Source: Octopus sinensis (Eukaryota). Taken from it: a DNA stretch of 64,000 bases. Under the pieces are notes generated by a model. It saw nothing but the letters and a program-made list of their open reading frames with translations. It searched no databases and was not told where the DNA came from. The stretch is taken from NCBI RefSeq assembly GCF_006345805.1, contig NC_043005.1:42346001-42410000 (forward strand). Direction: 5' to 3'. This document shows, in pieces, positions 12,012 to 24,064 of the stretch. The translations under genes were made by a program, and so were the position numbers. How positions within the stretch are numbered: the first letter of the stretch is position 1; every line of letters begins with the position of its first letter.

Positions 12012-12666
12012 CTGTGGATTTCAACCGGGGTCCATATGACACTTGGAGTCTATACGAAATTTTGTTGTTAAAATTTCTGTGCAATAAATTAGTTTTTCAT
12101 TCTACAATATACAAAATATTTAGGCGTAGGAGTGGCTGTAAGCAGCTTGCTTACGAACCACATGGTTTCGAGTTCAGTCCCACTGCGTGTTACCTTGGGC
12201 AGGTGTCTTCTACTACAGCCTCGGGCCGACCAAAGCCTTGTGGGTGGATTTGGTTGAGGGAAACTGAAAGAGGCCCGTCGTATATATGCATGTGTGTGTG
12301 TGTTGTGTGTGTTTGTGTGTCTGTTTGTCCCCCCAACATCGCTTGACAACCGATGCTGGTGTGTTTACGTCCCCGTAACATAGCGGTTCGGTAAAAAAGA
12401 CCGATATAATAAGTACTAGGCTTACAACGAATAAGTCGTGGGGTCGATTTGCTCGACTAAAGGCAGTGCTCCAGCATGGCCATAGTCAAATGACTGAAAC
12501 AATTAAAAGAGTAAAAGAATATTTTTATATATATATATATAAATTTCTAATAATATTTAATTATAAAAATAGGATTTTTTGAACATCGAATGACTATGGG
12601 AGTCCAGTCAAATAAGATATGAATCAAAGGGTTACAAAGGTTAAACATATTGGTTGAGAACCACTG
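12012..12666. mobile_element. hAT-type MITE, copy 2, interrupted by SINE-A
   Basis: TIRs CTGTGGATTTCAACC / GGTTGAGAACCACTG; flanks ATGTAGAC (12004-12011) and ACGGAGAC (12667-12674) match 6/8; right arm similar to copy 1. Confidence 0.7.
12122..12517 (+). mobile_element. SINE-A inserted in hAT MITE
   Basis: Head GGAGTGGCTG...GAGTTCAGTCCC, CTTGGGCAGGTGTCTT, internal (TA)(GT)n, tail GACTGAAAC..AAGAGT; possible TSD AATATTT. Confidence 0.9.
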
Positions 12667-12795
12667 ACGGAGACCTAAATACACTAATGGTGCTGAAAGG
12701 GTTACGACAAGAAAACATTTAGTTATGGGTCTGCTCGCTCAAGACTGACCCTGTGTTAAACAACAACAAGAAATTTTAAACTAAAATGGTAACAT

Positions 12796-12967
12796 AGGCG
12801 CAGGAGTGGCTGTGTGGTAAGTAGCTTGTTTACCAACCACATGGTTCCGGGTTCAGTCCCACTGCGTGGCATGTTGGGCAAGTGTCTTCTGCTATAGCCC
12901 CGGGCCGACCAAAGCCTTGTGAGTGGATTTGGTAGACGGAAACTGAAAGAAGCCTGTCGTATATATG

Positions 12968-13005
<38 letters not shown>

Positions 13006-13206
13006 GGGGGGGTTATGTGTCTGTGTTTGCCCCCTAGCATTGCTTGACAACCGATGCTGGTGTGTTTACGTCCCCGTAACTTAGCGGTTCGGCAAAAGAG
13101 ACCGATAGAATAAGTACTGGGCTTACAAAGGCGGTGCTCCAGCATGGCCGCAGTCAAATGACTGAAACAAGTAAAAGAGTAAAGAGTAAAGAGTAAAAGA
13201 GAGAGT
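12796..13206 (+). mobile_element. Full-length SINE-A
   Basis: A box TGGCTGTGTGG, B box GGTTCAGTCC, CORE-like TTGGGCAAGTGTCTT, internal microsatellite, (AAGAGT)n tail. Confidence 0.92.
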
Positions 13207-13989
13207 ACAGATATTTTCATTAAAACACTTTTGGGGGACACTTTAAGATAAAGTACCGTAAAAGCGAGAGTAAGAGCGACCGAGGGGGAAGAAGAGAGAG
13301 GGGAGCAGGGAAAATGGTGTAGGAGAAGAAGGCATGAAAATATAAAATAACGGAAGGAAGTATATGATACGGTCGACATCTCCGTCAGACGACATCAACC
13401 AGCAGCGTAAAGCTGTCTTGCAAATACAGACTAGACTACAATAACGAAGCAGTGAGTGTCGCCTGAACGGAGAGAGGAGGAGGACTGGATAATGAAGATG
13501 GCGGGGTGGGAAGAGTTTGTTTATGCTTGTGTTCATGATGTGGCGGAGGGAGATAAGATGGGGTATGGGATATGTGAACGTGTGTACGTGTGTATACGTT
13601 GTATGTGTGTGCGTCTGTGCAGTTGTGTTATCGCACGCGCGTGTGTGTGTGTGTATGTTTGTCGACAGCATTCACTGATTGCAAAGGCTAGTTTAAAGGA
13701 AAACTGTGACTATTATACGTTGAGATTTACACACAGACGCACGCACACATACACACACACGCACGCACACACACACACACGTACGTACACGCATTACACA
13801 AACTACTGACAGCACGAGGATTAGAGAAAGTGGGAGAAAGAGAGGTGAGAGAAACTAAGGAATCGGCGAGACACGCAGAAAATTGAGGTTTAGATATATA
13901 TAGCTATATGAATAGCGTCCTTTTTTTATACATACATATATGCATACATGCATAGAGTAACACACACAAAACCATACAAAGACACATAT

Positions 13990-14006
13990 ACGCACACATA
14001 CATACC

Positions 14007-14050
<44 letters not shown>

Positions 14051-14193
14051 ATATATACGCACACATACATACATACATACATACATACATACATACATAC
14101 ATACATACATACATACATACATAGAGACACAGGCACACATACGTGAATGGAAATCATAACAGGTTGAGCACCCTTCTTTCGTTTGTCCACTCA

Positions 14194-14271
<78 letters not shown>

Positions 14272-14385
14272 CATGTATGTATATATTTATGTATGTATGT
14301 ATTATGTATGTATGTATGTATGTATGTAGTATGTATGTATGTATGTATGTATGTATGTATGTATAAATTTGTATAAATAAGGGTA
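13990..14385. repeat. Compound (CATA)n/(TA)n/(TATG)n microsatellites
   Basis: Direct reading. Confidence 0.9.
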
Positions 14386-14549
14386 GGATCGATATTTAAA
14401 TATCGATCTTATCAGGTGGCCAGGATGGGAATAAAAACCTTTCGAAGGTAATAATTATCCAGAAATTTTTTACTAGTTTATTTTGTCTCTTTTTCATATA
14501 TATATATATATATGTGTGTGTATGTATGTGTGTGTGTGTGTGTGTGTGT

Positions 14550-14768
14550 AGGCACGTAGCTTAGTGGTTAGGGTGTCAATATCATGATCGTAAGCTTGTG
14601 GTTTCGATTCTTGGATCGGGCGACGCGTTGTGTTCTTGAGCAAAACACTTCATTCCACGTTGCTCCAGTCCACGCAGCAGGCAAAAATGAGTATCGCTAC
14701 GATGGACTGGCGTCCCGTCCAGCTGGGGAACACATACGCCATAGTAACCGGGAAACCGGGCCCTTGAG
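14550..14768 (+). mobile_element. SINE-C, body Y + V-like tail
   Basis: Head GGCACGTAGCTTAGTGGTTAGG...GGTTTCGATTC; body Y GTGTTCTTGAGCAAAACACTTC...AAAAATGAGT; tail GATGGACTGGCGTCCCGTCCAG. Confidence 0.85.
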
Positions 14769-15119
14769 TTATAACATTATTCTAACACAACGACTTAAAT
14801 ATATTCTTTAACCTTATAACACAAGCCTTCTGTAGTTTTTTTTCACTCTTTTTTATTATATATATAACAAAACCGATGGAATATGGAATATACGAGAAAC
14901 TTTATTGATGACAACGATCGTTTCGACCCATCTTGAATCGAGCCGTCATAGGTGGGATACTGTACAACTGGCTGTGGTGCATTGAAGAAGCGTCTCGACA
15001 TGTTGCTTTACAAGGGATGTATCGTTATTTAAACCTTGCTTCGCTTGGTTTTAGTATAACCATGCAGTTAGTGACCGCAGGTCTCTCTCTCTCTATATAT
15101 ATATATAAATATAGTTAAT

Positions 15120-15310
15120 CCAAACATGCAAACACAAAGAGAAAACACAACAAAGCGAGGACGTGGAACAAGTATAGTGTTATTGGACGCTCGGGAAAGG
15201 AAAGGAAGAAGGAGGATTTAACGTTTCGAGCGGAGCTCTTCGCCAGAAACATAGAAAAAGGAAAGATCCAAGGAAGGGAAGATGGAGGAAAAAAATCGCC
15301 AACGATTCAC
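15120..15310 (-). mobile_element. Penelope-like terminal repeat fragment (inferred) carrying a hammerhead-like motif
   Basis: Homologous on both sides of the motif to 45840-45990; the family assignment rests on the hammerhead motif only. Confidence 0.5.
15216..15250 (-). ncRNA. Minimal type I hammerhead-ribozyme-like motif (core A6 changed to G)
   Basis: Minus strand GUUU-CUGGCGA-A-GAGC-UCC-GCUC-GAAAC-GUU-AAAU: stem I, near-consensus CUGANGA box, stem II, GAAA, palindromic stem III AACGUU. Confidence 0.6.
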
Positions 15311-15510
15311 ATGCGGTTACATATATATATATATGTGTGTGTATATATATATATATTATATATATATATATAATATATATATATATATGTAGGTCCCGGG
15401 TTGAGTCGGGGTTAACCACAGTAAATAAGGTATATATATATATATGTATATAAGTATATATGCATGAATTAATATAAGTATATTTATCTATGCGTTTGTA
15501 AGTACGCACA

Positions 15511-15731
15511 TACGAAGTGGGGCTGAAAAGTTCCTAGCTCCAAAAATGCCGCGATAGGATTGGTTGGAAGCCCAACCTTCCGATTTCTTTTACAGGTGTT
15601 AGAAAACCTGAAGGGCAGCTGCAGTAAGTCTGTGAATGTAAGAGGGGAATACAATGAATAAAATCATAAATTACTGATCCTCCTGTAGTTTCTCCCACCA
15701 AAAGCCGGGAACTTTTCAGCACCCTTTCGTA
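15511..15731 (+). mobile_element. Mariner-derived MITE (internal deletion)
   Basis: About 29-bp TIRs TACGAAGTGGGGCTGAAAAGTTCCTAGCT / AGCCGGGAACTTTTCAGCACCCTTTCGTA with TA ends; retains C-terminal codons VNVRGEYNE*. Confidence 0.85.
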
Positions 15732-15744
15732 TATTATTTTTTTA

Positions 15745-15960
15745 ATTCTCTTATTTGTTTCAGTCATTTGACTGCGGCCATGCTGGATCACCACATTTAG
15801 TCGAACATATCGCCCCCCCCCAGGACTTATTCTTTGTAAGCCTAGTACATATTCTATCGGCGTCTTATGCCTAACCGAGAAGATACGGAGACGTAAACAC
15901 ACTAGCATCGGTTGTCAAGCGATGTTGGGGGGGGGGGTTAGCATACACAAACGCACACAC

Positions 15961-16011
<51 letters not shown>

Positions 16012-16120
16012 CGACGTGCCGAGGCTATAGCAGAAGATACTTGCCCAAGGTGCCACGCAGTGGGACTGAACCTGGAACCACGTGGCTGATAAGCAAGCTA
16101 CTTACCACATAGCCACTCCT
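15745..16120 (-). mobile_element. SINE-A
   Basis: Reverse complement of the SINE-A consensus with internal (CA)n(TA)n. Confidence 0.88.
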
Positions 16121-16212
16121 CTATCTTATACTTCTGTCAGTCATCAGAAAGCGGTCATGCTGAGGCACATTTGCATCTATCTTCACACACACAAACACAT
16201 ACACACTCACAC

Positions 16213-16305
16213 GTATGTATGTATGTATGTATGTATGTATGTATGTATGTATGTATGTATGTATGTATGTATGTATGTATGTATGTATGTATGTATGTAT
16301 GTATG

Positions 16306-16336
<31 letters not shown>

Positions 16337-16540
16337 GTATGCATGTATGTAAGTATGCATGTATGTAAGTATGCATGTATGTAAGTATGTATGTATGTTG
16401 TATGTATGTATGTATGTATGTATGTATGTATTATGTATGTGTGTATGTGTGTATGTATGTATGTATGTATGTGTGTAAGTATGCATGTATGTATGTGTAA
16501 ATGTATGTGTGTGTATGTATGGGTGTATGTATGCATGTAT
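16213..16540. repeat. Long (TATG)n microsatellite with a degenerate tail
   Basis: Direct reading; source of the MYVC/YIHT pseudo-ORFs. Confidence 0.95.
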
Positions 16541-16741
16541 GCACATGAAATGCTACACACCAAAGACAGGAATTAATCTTTAAATTATATAAAAAGAAAA
16601 CTGTAAGAAAATTTAAAGTAATTTGTGTATATCATGTGAATGCTATTGGAGCATCAGTATCACCTTGTAACACGTCCATACATTCACACGCATCTATGTG
16701 TGCATGTGTGTGAGAGAATGTGTATATGTGCATACACACAC

Positions 16742-16798
<57 letters not shown>

Positions 16799-16940
16799 GC
16801 AACAAGTATATCCAAGGTAAGTAGTACAATTGTTTCCTTCTCATTATATATTTCATATATATATAATTTCATTATATATACAAATCTGAATATAATGAAA
16901 TTAGAATTTTTTTATTGATACTCTCCTATATAGGATGGAA

Positions 16941-17470
16941 TAAAATTCCATATATCTAGGGAAATTACTTGGTTCATCTTGATTACCTCCCTTCTATTAC
17001 TTTTTAATATATCTTATTAACTCCTGATATATGTGATAAATCAATAAAGTTTTATTTTCCACAATTAGTAAATATATTATGTCTAACATATTCTTTTAAT
17101 TCGACTCATTAATAAAAGAAATCACCATTTACTAGCTAATTATGATTCTATATTAATAGAAATGGATATATATATTTATATAAAAATGAAATAATTGCAT
17201 AAAATTCTATATATCTAGAGAAATTACTTGGTTCATCTTGATTACCTCCCTTCCTTTACTTTTTAATATATCTTATTGACTCTTGATATATGTGATAAAT
17301 TAATAAAGTTTTATTTTCCACAGTTAGTAAATATTATGTCTAACATTTTCTTTTAATTCAACTCATTAATTCATTAATAAAATAAATCGCCATTTACTAG
17401 CTAATTATGATTATATATTAATAGAAATGGATATATATATATATATATTTATATAGATATGAAATGATTT
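16941..17470. repeat. Tandem duplication, about 259-bp unit, two copies
   Basis: TAAAATTC.ATATATCTAG.GAAATTACTTGGTTCATCTTGATTACCTCCC at 16941 and 17200; roughly 90% identical by eye. Confidence 0.9.
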
Positions 17471-18204
17471 CTATATTTTCTATCCCTATACAAGATACTA
17501 ATATTTATTGAAATCCTTTAGAAAATTATCTATAGGATATTTACTTAAATTTCTTAACATAGAATCTGGATGTTAAATGGTAAGGGACATTGAAAATCTC
17601 TAGAGCACTAGTAGTCTATGTTTCCCCTACCCCTCTAACCTCAACCTACTAGCTTTTTGCTATAATACATTCAAATGTATCTCAACTGAATTCCTCAAAA
17701 TGGGAATGGGTTTATGGTTTTGACATTTGTACTACCCCTTCCTATATCTATAAGTAGAAAAAATTATTTGTCTCCATTCAATCAGAAATAACACACCTCC
17801 CCACTGACAGATCTAAATAACAAAGTGAACTCAATGATAAAATCTACAATCAGAGAGTGAACATACTGCTATCATGTTCTTAAGAATGAAATCAACCTCT
17901 CTGTCTATATATCTACCCTCTTTATAATGTTGACAAATGAAATAGGGATAAGAATGTGCATTGTCCGTTTGATTGGAAGATTCTATAAGTGGCTGAAGAT
18001 TGCTCGACATTTTAAAACTGATGTAATACTTACAGTGTTTAATAAAATGAAGTAGCATGAAACAATTGTACTACTCTACCTTCGATATACCTGTTGCTTA
18101 TTTTGATTATAATCACCCCATTTAATTTATATGGATAATACCATACAACATTCTGATGCCTTTGACTTAAGTACCATATTCATCTGAATCTAAATTTTGC
18201 TGAA

Positions 18205-18254
<50 letters not shown>

Positions 18255-18297
18255 ATATATATTATATATATATATATATTATATATATATATATATA

Positions 18298-18716
18298 TTA
18301 CTCTCTTTTTCTCCTTTACTCTTTTACATGTTTCAGTCATTTGACTGTGGCCATGCTGGAGCACCGCCTTTAGTCGAGCAAATCGACCCCAGGACTTATT
18401 CTTTGGATGCCTTGTACTTATTCTATCGGTCCCTTTGCCGAACTGCTAAGTCACGGGGACGTAACACACCACCATCGGTTGTCAAACGATGTTGAGGGGA
18501 GGACAAACACAGACACGCAAACATATAGACATATACATATATGTATATATACGATGGGCTTCTTTCAGTTTCCATCTACCAAATCCACTCACAAGGCTTT
18601 GGTCGGCCCGAGGCTATAGTAGAAGATACTTGCCCAAGGTGCCACGCAGTGGGACTGAACCCGGAACCACATAGTTCGTAAGCAAGCTACTTACCACACA
18701 GCCACTCCTACGCCTA
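18298..18716 (-). mobile_element. Full-length SINE-A
   Basis: Reverse complement of the consensus from head (CCACACAGCCACTCCT) to tail. Confidence 0.9.
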
Positions 18717-18871
18717 TATTGATAAGTACCATGCAGAAAAGTACCATCCTATATTTTGCGAGAATCCGTAGGAAAATTCTTAAGATTTGAAGAAACTTAT
18801 TGCCACAAAACCTCGAGTTAAAATACCTGCTAACTAAATCATCACACACTAGCGTAGTAGTAGTAGCAGCA

Positions 18872-18982
<111 letters not shown>

Positions 18983-20259
18983 AGAAACAAAGAGGGGAAG
19001 ACTGATGCATATGTAGTAAAGCGATATGAGAAAACGTTTTTCTCTATAGACAAGGAGGCGACAAAATACAAAACAGAAGCAAACTACACTGACACACGGA
19101 CCTCAGATGACAACATAGCAGAAATGGACAGAGAGACAAAAAAAAAAAAAAATATGAAAACTGAATTACAAAAGATACTGAAGAAGAAATGGAGTAAAAC
19201 ATCCCTTCGTGGCCAGTACACTGCAAAGCTTGACAGAGGAAGTGAGTCTAATTTAAAGCCAACAATGTCTCAAAAGCTCTGGACTAAAAGCCGAAACGGA
19301 AGGACTGATTCTCGCTACACAAGACTAATAATGCCTGACTACAAGCAATTATAAAAGCAAAATAATGAAAACGGGTCCCAACACCAAATGCAGAATGTGC
19401 AACCAGCACAGTGACACAGTTGACCACATCATCTCGGGCTGCCCACTATTTGCCAAGTCTGAATATGTTTGCAGATACGACAAAGTAAGCAGTTATATCG
19501 ATTGGACAACATGCCATCATTTCAACATCAAAACTGACAGCAGGTGGTATAAGCATGAGCCAAGCGAGGCACAAGACAACGATCAGGCTTCTATCATTTG
19601 GGATATGCCGTTTCAAACCAACAAAGAAATAAAATGTCGCCCAGACATAATAGTCAAGGTTGGGTAAAACCAAAAACACCTGCTTAAAGATAGACATTGC
19701 AATCTCTTCGGATCAAAATATTGTTAAAAAAGAAGTGGTGAAGTTGTCGAAGTACAAAGACCTCGAAATTGAAATATTCAAAATGCGGAGCATGAAGGTA
19801 AAAACAATACAAATAATAATTGGAGCATTGGGCATGATAAAAAATTCATATGAACAAAAATGTGGAAGCTATACCTGGATCCTCAACACTACACACTGTG
19901 CAAAAAATAGCCTTGCTAGGAACAACCTACATCCTACGCAAGACACTACCAATTGAATAATACAACCTAAACAAAGCAACCCACAAATACAAGGCACACT
20001 CTATACAGCATTTACTCAATGAAATAAACTCTCACCAGCTATCCAGAAAACAATAAGCATTACACAATCAACACACAAATACAAGCAAAATCACAACAAA
20101 AGGCAGCAGCACACCTCAAGGATAAAAAGCCAACACAATACAGTAACAGAAAGACTTCACACACTCCCGATAGCAGAAAAGAACACACAATGCCGCATAC
20201 ACACCAGCAACACGGTGGTGTAGCAGGTGATGCAGAAGAAATCTGCCTCAATCAACCAA
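18983..20259 (+). mobile_element. 5'-truncated R4/Dong-like non-LTR retrotransposon (CCHC knuckle + restriction-like endonuclease), pseudogenised
   Basis: Frameshifted peptides WSKTSLRGQY, LKAETEGLILATQD, CRMCNQHSDTVDHIISGC (CCHC), RPDIIV..IDIAI..KLSKYKDLEIEI (PD..D..K nuclease motif) and IIIGALG; ORF ends 19956; 3' UTR runs into (AAT)n. Confidence 0.85.
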
Positions 20260-20267
20260 ATAATAAT

Positions 20268-20322
<55 letters not shown>

Positions 20323-20394
20323 GTAATAATAGTAATAATGATAATAATAATAATAATAATAATTGGTTGGAACACAAACCACCTCCGGTGCCCC

Positions 20395-20790
20395 AATCGA
20401 CATAAAGGTATTTGTCAGGATCTACCAAAAACTGAGCAAGTATAAAGATCCTGAAATAGAAATTGGCAAAATGTGGAACCTCGAGACTAAGACAATACCT
20501 GTTGTCACAGGCATTGAAAGGACTGATAGCAAAATGGACTGGTTCCTACCTAGCTCAGATACTAGGAAACCCCAAAATGGCAGAAATTCAAAAGATAGTG
20601 TTCATTGGAACTACTCATACCCTACGTAGAATACTGTCTATGTAATCTCAAATTTAAAAACAAACTTCTCTTGAACAATACTATGTGCAAAACCAAATAT
20701 ATGACACCCTAGGCATAACAGCAACTTGAACTTCTAATTTGTCTAATTTGGAGTCAACTAGTACAAATACAAAGCAAAAGTCAAACATAG
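20395..20790 (+). mobile_element. R4/Dong-like 3' end, second subfamily (copy 1)
   Basis: KLSKYKDPEIEIGKMWNLETKTIPVVTG / IQKIVFIGTTHTLRRILSM*; ends in AATAATAAT. Confidence 0.8.
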
Positions 20791-20835
20791 AATAATAATA
20801 ATTGTTGTTGTTATAATGATAATAACAATAATAAT

Positions 20836-21300
20836 GCAGTACCAGACAGTGGCTCTTATGGATTCTGATCTTAACTGATTGGAAGTGCAATCATGTACAT
20901 TGTTTTGTCTTGGTATAAAAGATGGGCTACAGCAAATATTCTGCTCAATACCACAGACTTGCTTGTCAGTTGTTTGACCTTAACCAGTTGAGCATGTCCC
21001 TTAGGGTTGAGAGGAATTCTTTGGGGTTTGGATAATTCATTTTGAAAGGATGGGTGTTTCATTCAACATCTTTAAACAACTCTTATTCAGAGATGGGCAA
21101 CTCGACCTGAAGAAAATTCTTACTGGGCTCCCACCTGCAAGGTCATGCTTTGTTTATCGTGATATGAGATCACCAAATCGCGCAATAATGTCGTGATTCA
21201 TGTAACTGGTGTGCTCCTATTAGACGGATAGTCATGATGAGTATACTGGAATTCTTATATCTTATCCCAGTGTCACTTCGATGGCAAGCACTGCTCTCTC
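20836..21300 (+). mobile_element. Unassigned interspersed repeat ending in (AAT)n, probably a LINE 3' UTR (copy 1; copy 2 at 21848-22312)
   Basis: Non-coding; bounded by AAT tracts; ends GCACTGCTCTCTC-AATAAT. The family assignment is inference. Confidence 0.5.
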
Positions 21301-21340
<40 letters not shown>

Positions 21341-21406
21341 GTAATAATGATAATAATAATAATAATAATAATAATTGGTTGGAACACAAACCACCTCCGG
21401 TGCCCC

Positions 21407-21802
21407 AATCGACATAAAGGTATTTGTCAGGATCTACCAAAAACTGAGCAAGTATAAAGATCCTGAAATAGAAATTGGCAAAATGTGGAACCTCGAGACT
21501 AAGACAATACCTGTTGTCACAGGCATTGAAAGGACTGATAGCAAAATGGACTGGTTCCTACCTAGCTCAGATACTAGGAAACCCCAAAATGGCAGAAATT
21601 CAAAAGATAGTGTTCATTGGAACTACTCATACCCTACGTAGAATACTGTCTATGTAATCTCAAATTTAAAAACAAACTTCTCTTGAACAATACTATGTGC
21701 AAAACCAAATATATGACACCCTAGGCATAACAGCAACTTGAACTTCTAATTTGTCTAATTTGGAGTCAACTAGTACAAATACAAAGCAAAAGTCAAACAT
21801 AG
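21407..21802 (+). mobile_element. R4/Dong-like 3' end, second subfamily (copy 2)
   Basis: Duplicate of 20395-20790. Confidence 0.8.
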
Positions 21803-22312
21803 AATAATAATAATTGTTGTTGTTATAATGATAATAACAATAATAATGCAGTACCAGACAGTGGCTCTTATGGATTCTGATCTTAACTGATTGGAAGTGC
21901 AATCATGTACATTGTTTTGTCTTGGTATAAAAGATGGGCTACAGCAAATATTCTGCTCAATACCACAGACTTGCTTGTCAGTTGTTTGACCTTAACCAGT
22001 TGAGCATGTCCCTTAGGGTTGAGAGGAATTCTTTGGGGTTTGGATAATTCATTTTGAAAGGATGGGTGTTTCATTCAACATCTTTAAACAACTCTTATTC
22101 AGAGATGGGCAACTCGACCTGAAGAAAATTCTTACTGGGCTCCCACCTGCAAGGTCATGCTTTGTTTATCGTGATATGAGATCACCAAATCGCGCAATAA
22201 TGTCGTGATTCATGTAACTGGTGTGCTCCTATTAGACGGATAGTCATGATGAGTATACTGGAATTCTTATATCTTATCCCAGTGTCACTTCGATGGCAAG
22301 CACTGCTCTCTC

Positions 22313-22369
<57 letters not shown>

Positions 22370-22580
22370 CCTTTTTACTATAGGCAAATTGCTTGGATTT
22401 TGTGGGGAAGAGGACAGTCGACCACATCGATCCCAGTACTCAACTGTCTCTTAATTTACCGACTTCGGGAGGATGAAAGGTAAAGTTGAACTCGGCGAAA
22501 TTTGAACTTAGAACGTAGCGACAGGCGAAATATAGCTAAGTATTTCGCCCGGCTTGCTAACGATTCTGCCAGCTCATCGC
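22370..22580 (-). mobile_element. Diverged SINE-B (tail 2 type)
   Basis: Body and head similarity; lies in AAT context. Confidence 0.8.
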
Positions 22581-22589
22581 TTTAATAAT

Positions 22590-22806
22590 AAACCTTTCAA
22601 ATAAAGGTACAAGACCTGAAATTTTGTAAGGAGGGAAATAGTCGATTAAATGGACCCTAATGTTTCACTGGTACTTGACTTATCGATACCCGAAAAGATG
22701 AAAGACAAAGCCGACCTCGGCGGAATTTGAACTCAAAACATAAAGACGGACGAAATGTCGCTAAGCATTTTGCCTTGCGTACTAACGATTCTGCCAGCTC
22801 ACTGCC
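22590..22806 (-). mobile_element. Diverged SINE-B (tail 2 type)
   Basis: Body and head similarity; followed by (CAA)n(AAT)n. Confidence 0.8.
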
Positions 22807-22808
22807 TT

Positions 22809-22895
<87 letters not shown>

Positions 22896-23110
22896 CATTG
22901 AATTACAGAGACTATGAAACGTGCGGGTAAAATAAATCCCAGTAGTTATAGGTGCATTGCGAACTATCCCTAAAGATCTGAACAGATGGATAAAGGAAAT
23001 AGGCATAAAACCCAGTTTAGTCCAGCCCCAGAAAACCCAGTTTGATACAGCTCCAGTGTTATTAGGGACACCTAGAATGCTTAGGAAGGTTTTTGACGTC
23101 TAAGCTCCAT
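22896..23110 (+). mobile_element. R4/Dong-like 3' end, third subfamily
   Basis: IELQRL..IPVVIGALRTIPKDLNRWIKEIG..VLLGTPRMLRKVFDV* directly after (AAT)n. Confidence 0.75.
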
Positions 23111-23141
23111 GTTAGGATTCTGTTGTGTGTATATGATGATG

Positions 23142-23173
<32 letters not shown>

Positions 23174-23183
23174 GATGATAGTA

Positions 23184-23251
<68 letters not shown>

Positions 23252-23261
23252 AATAATTACA

Positions 23262-23438
23262 ATAATAATTTTGGCACAAGGCCAGCAATATCAGGGTAGG
23301 GTGCAAGTCTATTACAGCGACCCCAGTGATCAACTGGTACTTATTTTATCGAAACCGAAAGAATGAAAGGCCTCGGCAGAATCTGAACTCAGAACATGAA
23401 GACAGACGATATGCCGCTAAGCGTTTTGCCCGACATGC

Positions 23439-23440
<2 letters not shown>
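23262..23440 (-). mobile_element. Degenerate SINE-B
   Basis: ACTGGTACTT..TCGAAACCGAAAGAATGAAAGG..GAACTCAGAAC; embedded in (AAT)n. Confidence 0.75.
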
Positions 23441-23484
<44 letters not shown>

Positions 23485-23622
23485 TCTATTGACAGTCACT
23501 TCCAATTGATTTATTTAAACGATCTAATTGTGTACTTCTAATGAATCCTTTCTCCAGTCAATAATCACATTTCTCTTGTAAAAAAAAAGCATCCTTTATG
23601 CTATGTGTGTGTGCTGAATGTC

Positions 23623-23629
23623 TGTGCGC

Positions 23630-23674
<45 letters not shown>
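23623..23674. repeat. Alternating purine-pyrimidine tract, (CG)9 + (GT)n
   Basis: Direct reading; 52 bp uninterrupted. Confidence 0.9.
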
Positions 23675-23681
<7 letters not shown>

Positions 23682-23733
23682 TGTGTGTGTGCGTGTGTGC
23701 ATGCCTGTATGTATATATCTGTGTATTTGTGAA

Positions 23734-23765
<32 letters not shown>

Positions 23766-23949
23766 ATATATACGCATCCATCTACCTACATAAATCTATC
23801 TATTTGTATATATTTACACACACACACACACACATACAAGGGCATGTGTAAACATAAATGTATATGTATTTATATGTATTTATAAATGTATATATCTCTG
23901 TGTCTGTGTGCGTATATGATAAACATATACATATTTACTCACACACACT

Positions 23950-23952
<3 letters not shown>

Positions 23953-23987
<35 letters not shown>

Positions 23988-23995
23988 CGTAGAAG

Positions 23996-24064
<69 letters not shown>
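23953..24064. repeat. (AG)n and (GATA)n microsatellites
   Basis: Direct reading. Confidence 0.9.

Larger units (their letters stand above)
20364..22312 (+). repeat. Tandem duplication, 1012-bp period, two copies
   Basis: 20364-21300 and 21376-22312 appear identical (all four ORF-track translations are identical, offset 1012); breakpoints lie in (AAT)n. Confidence 0.95.
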
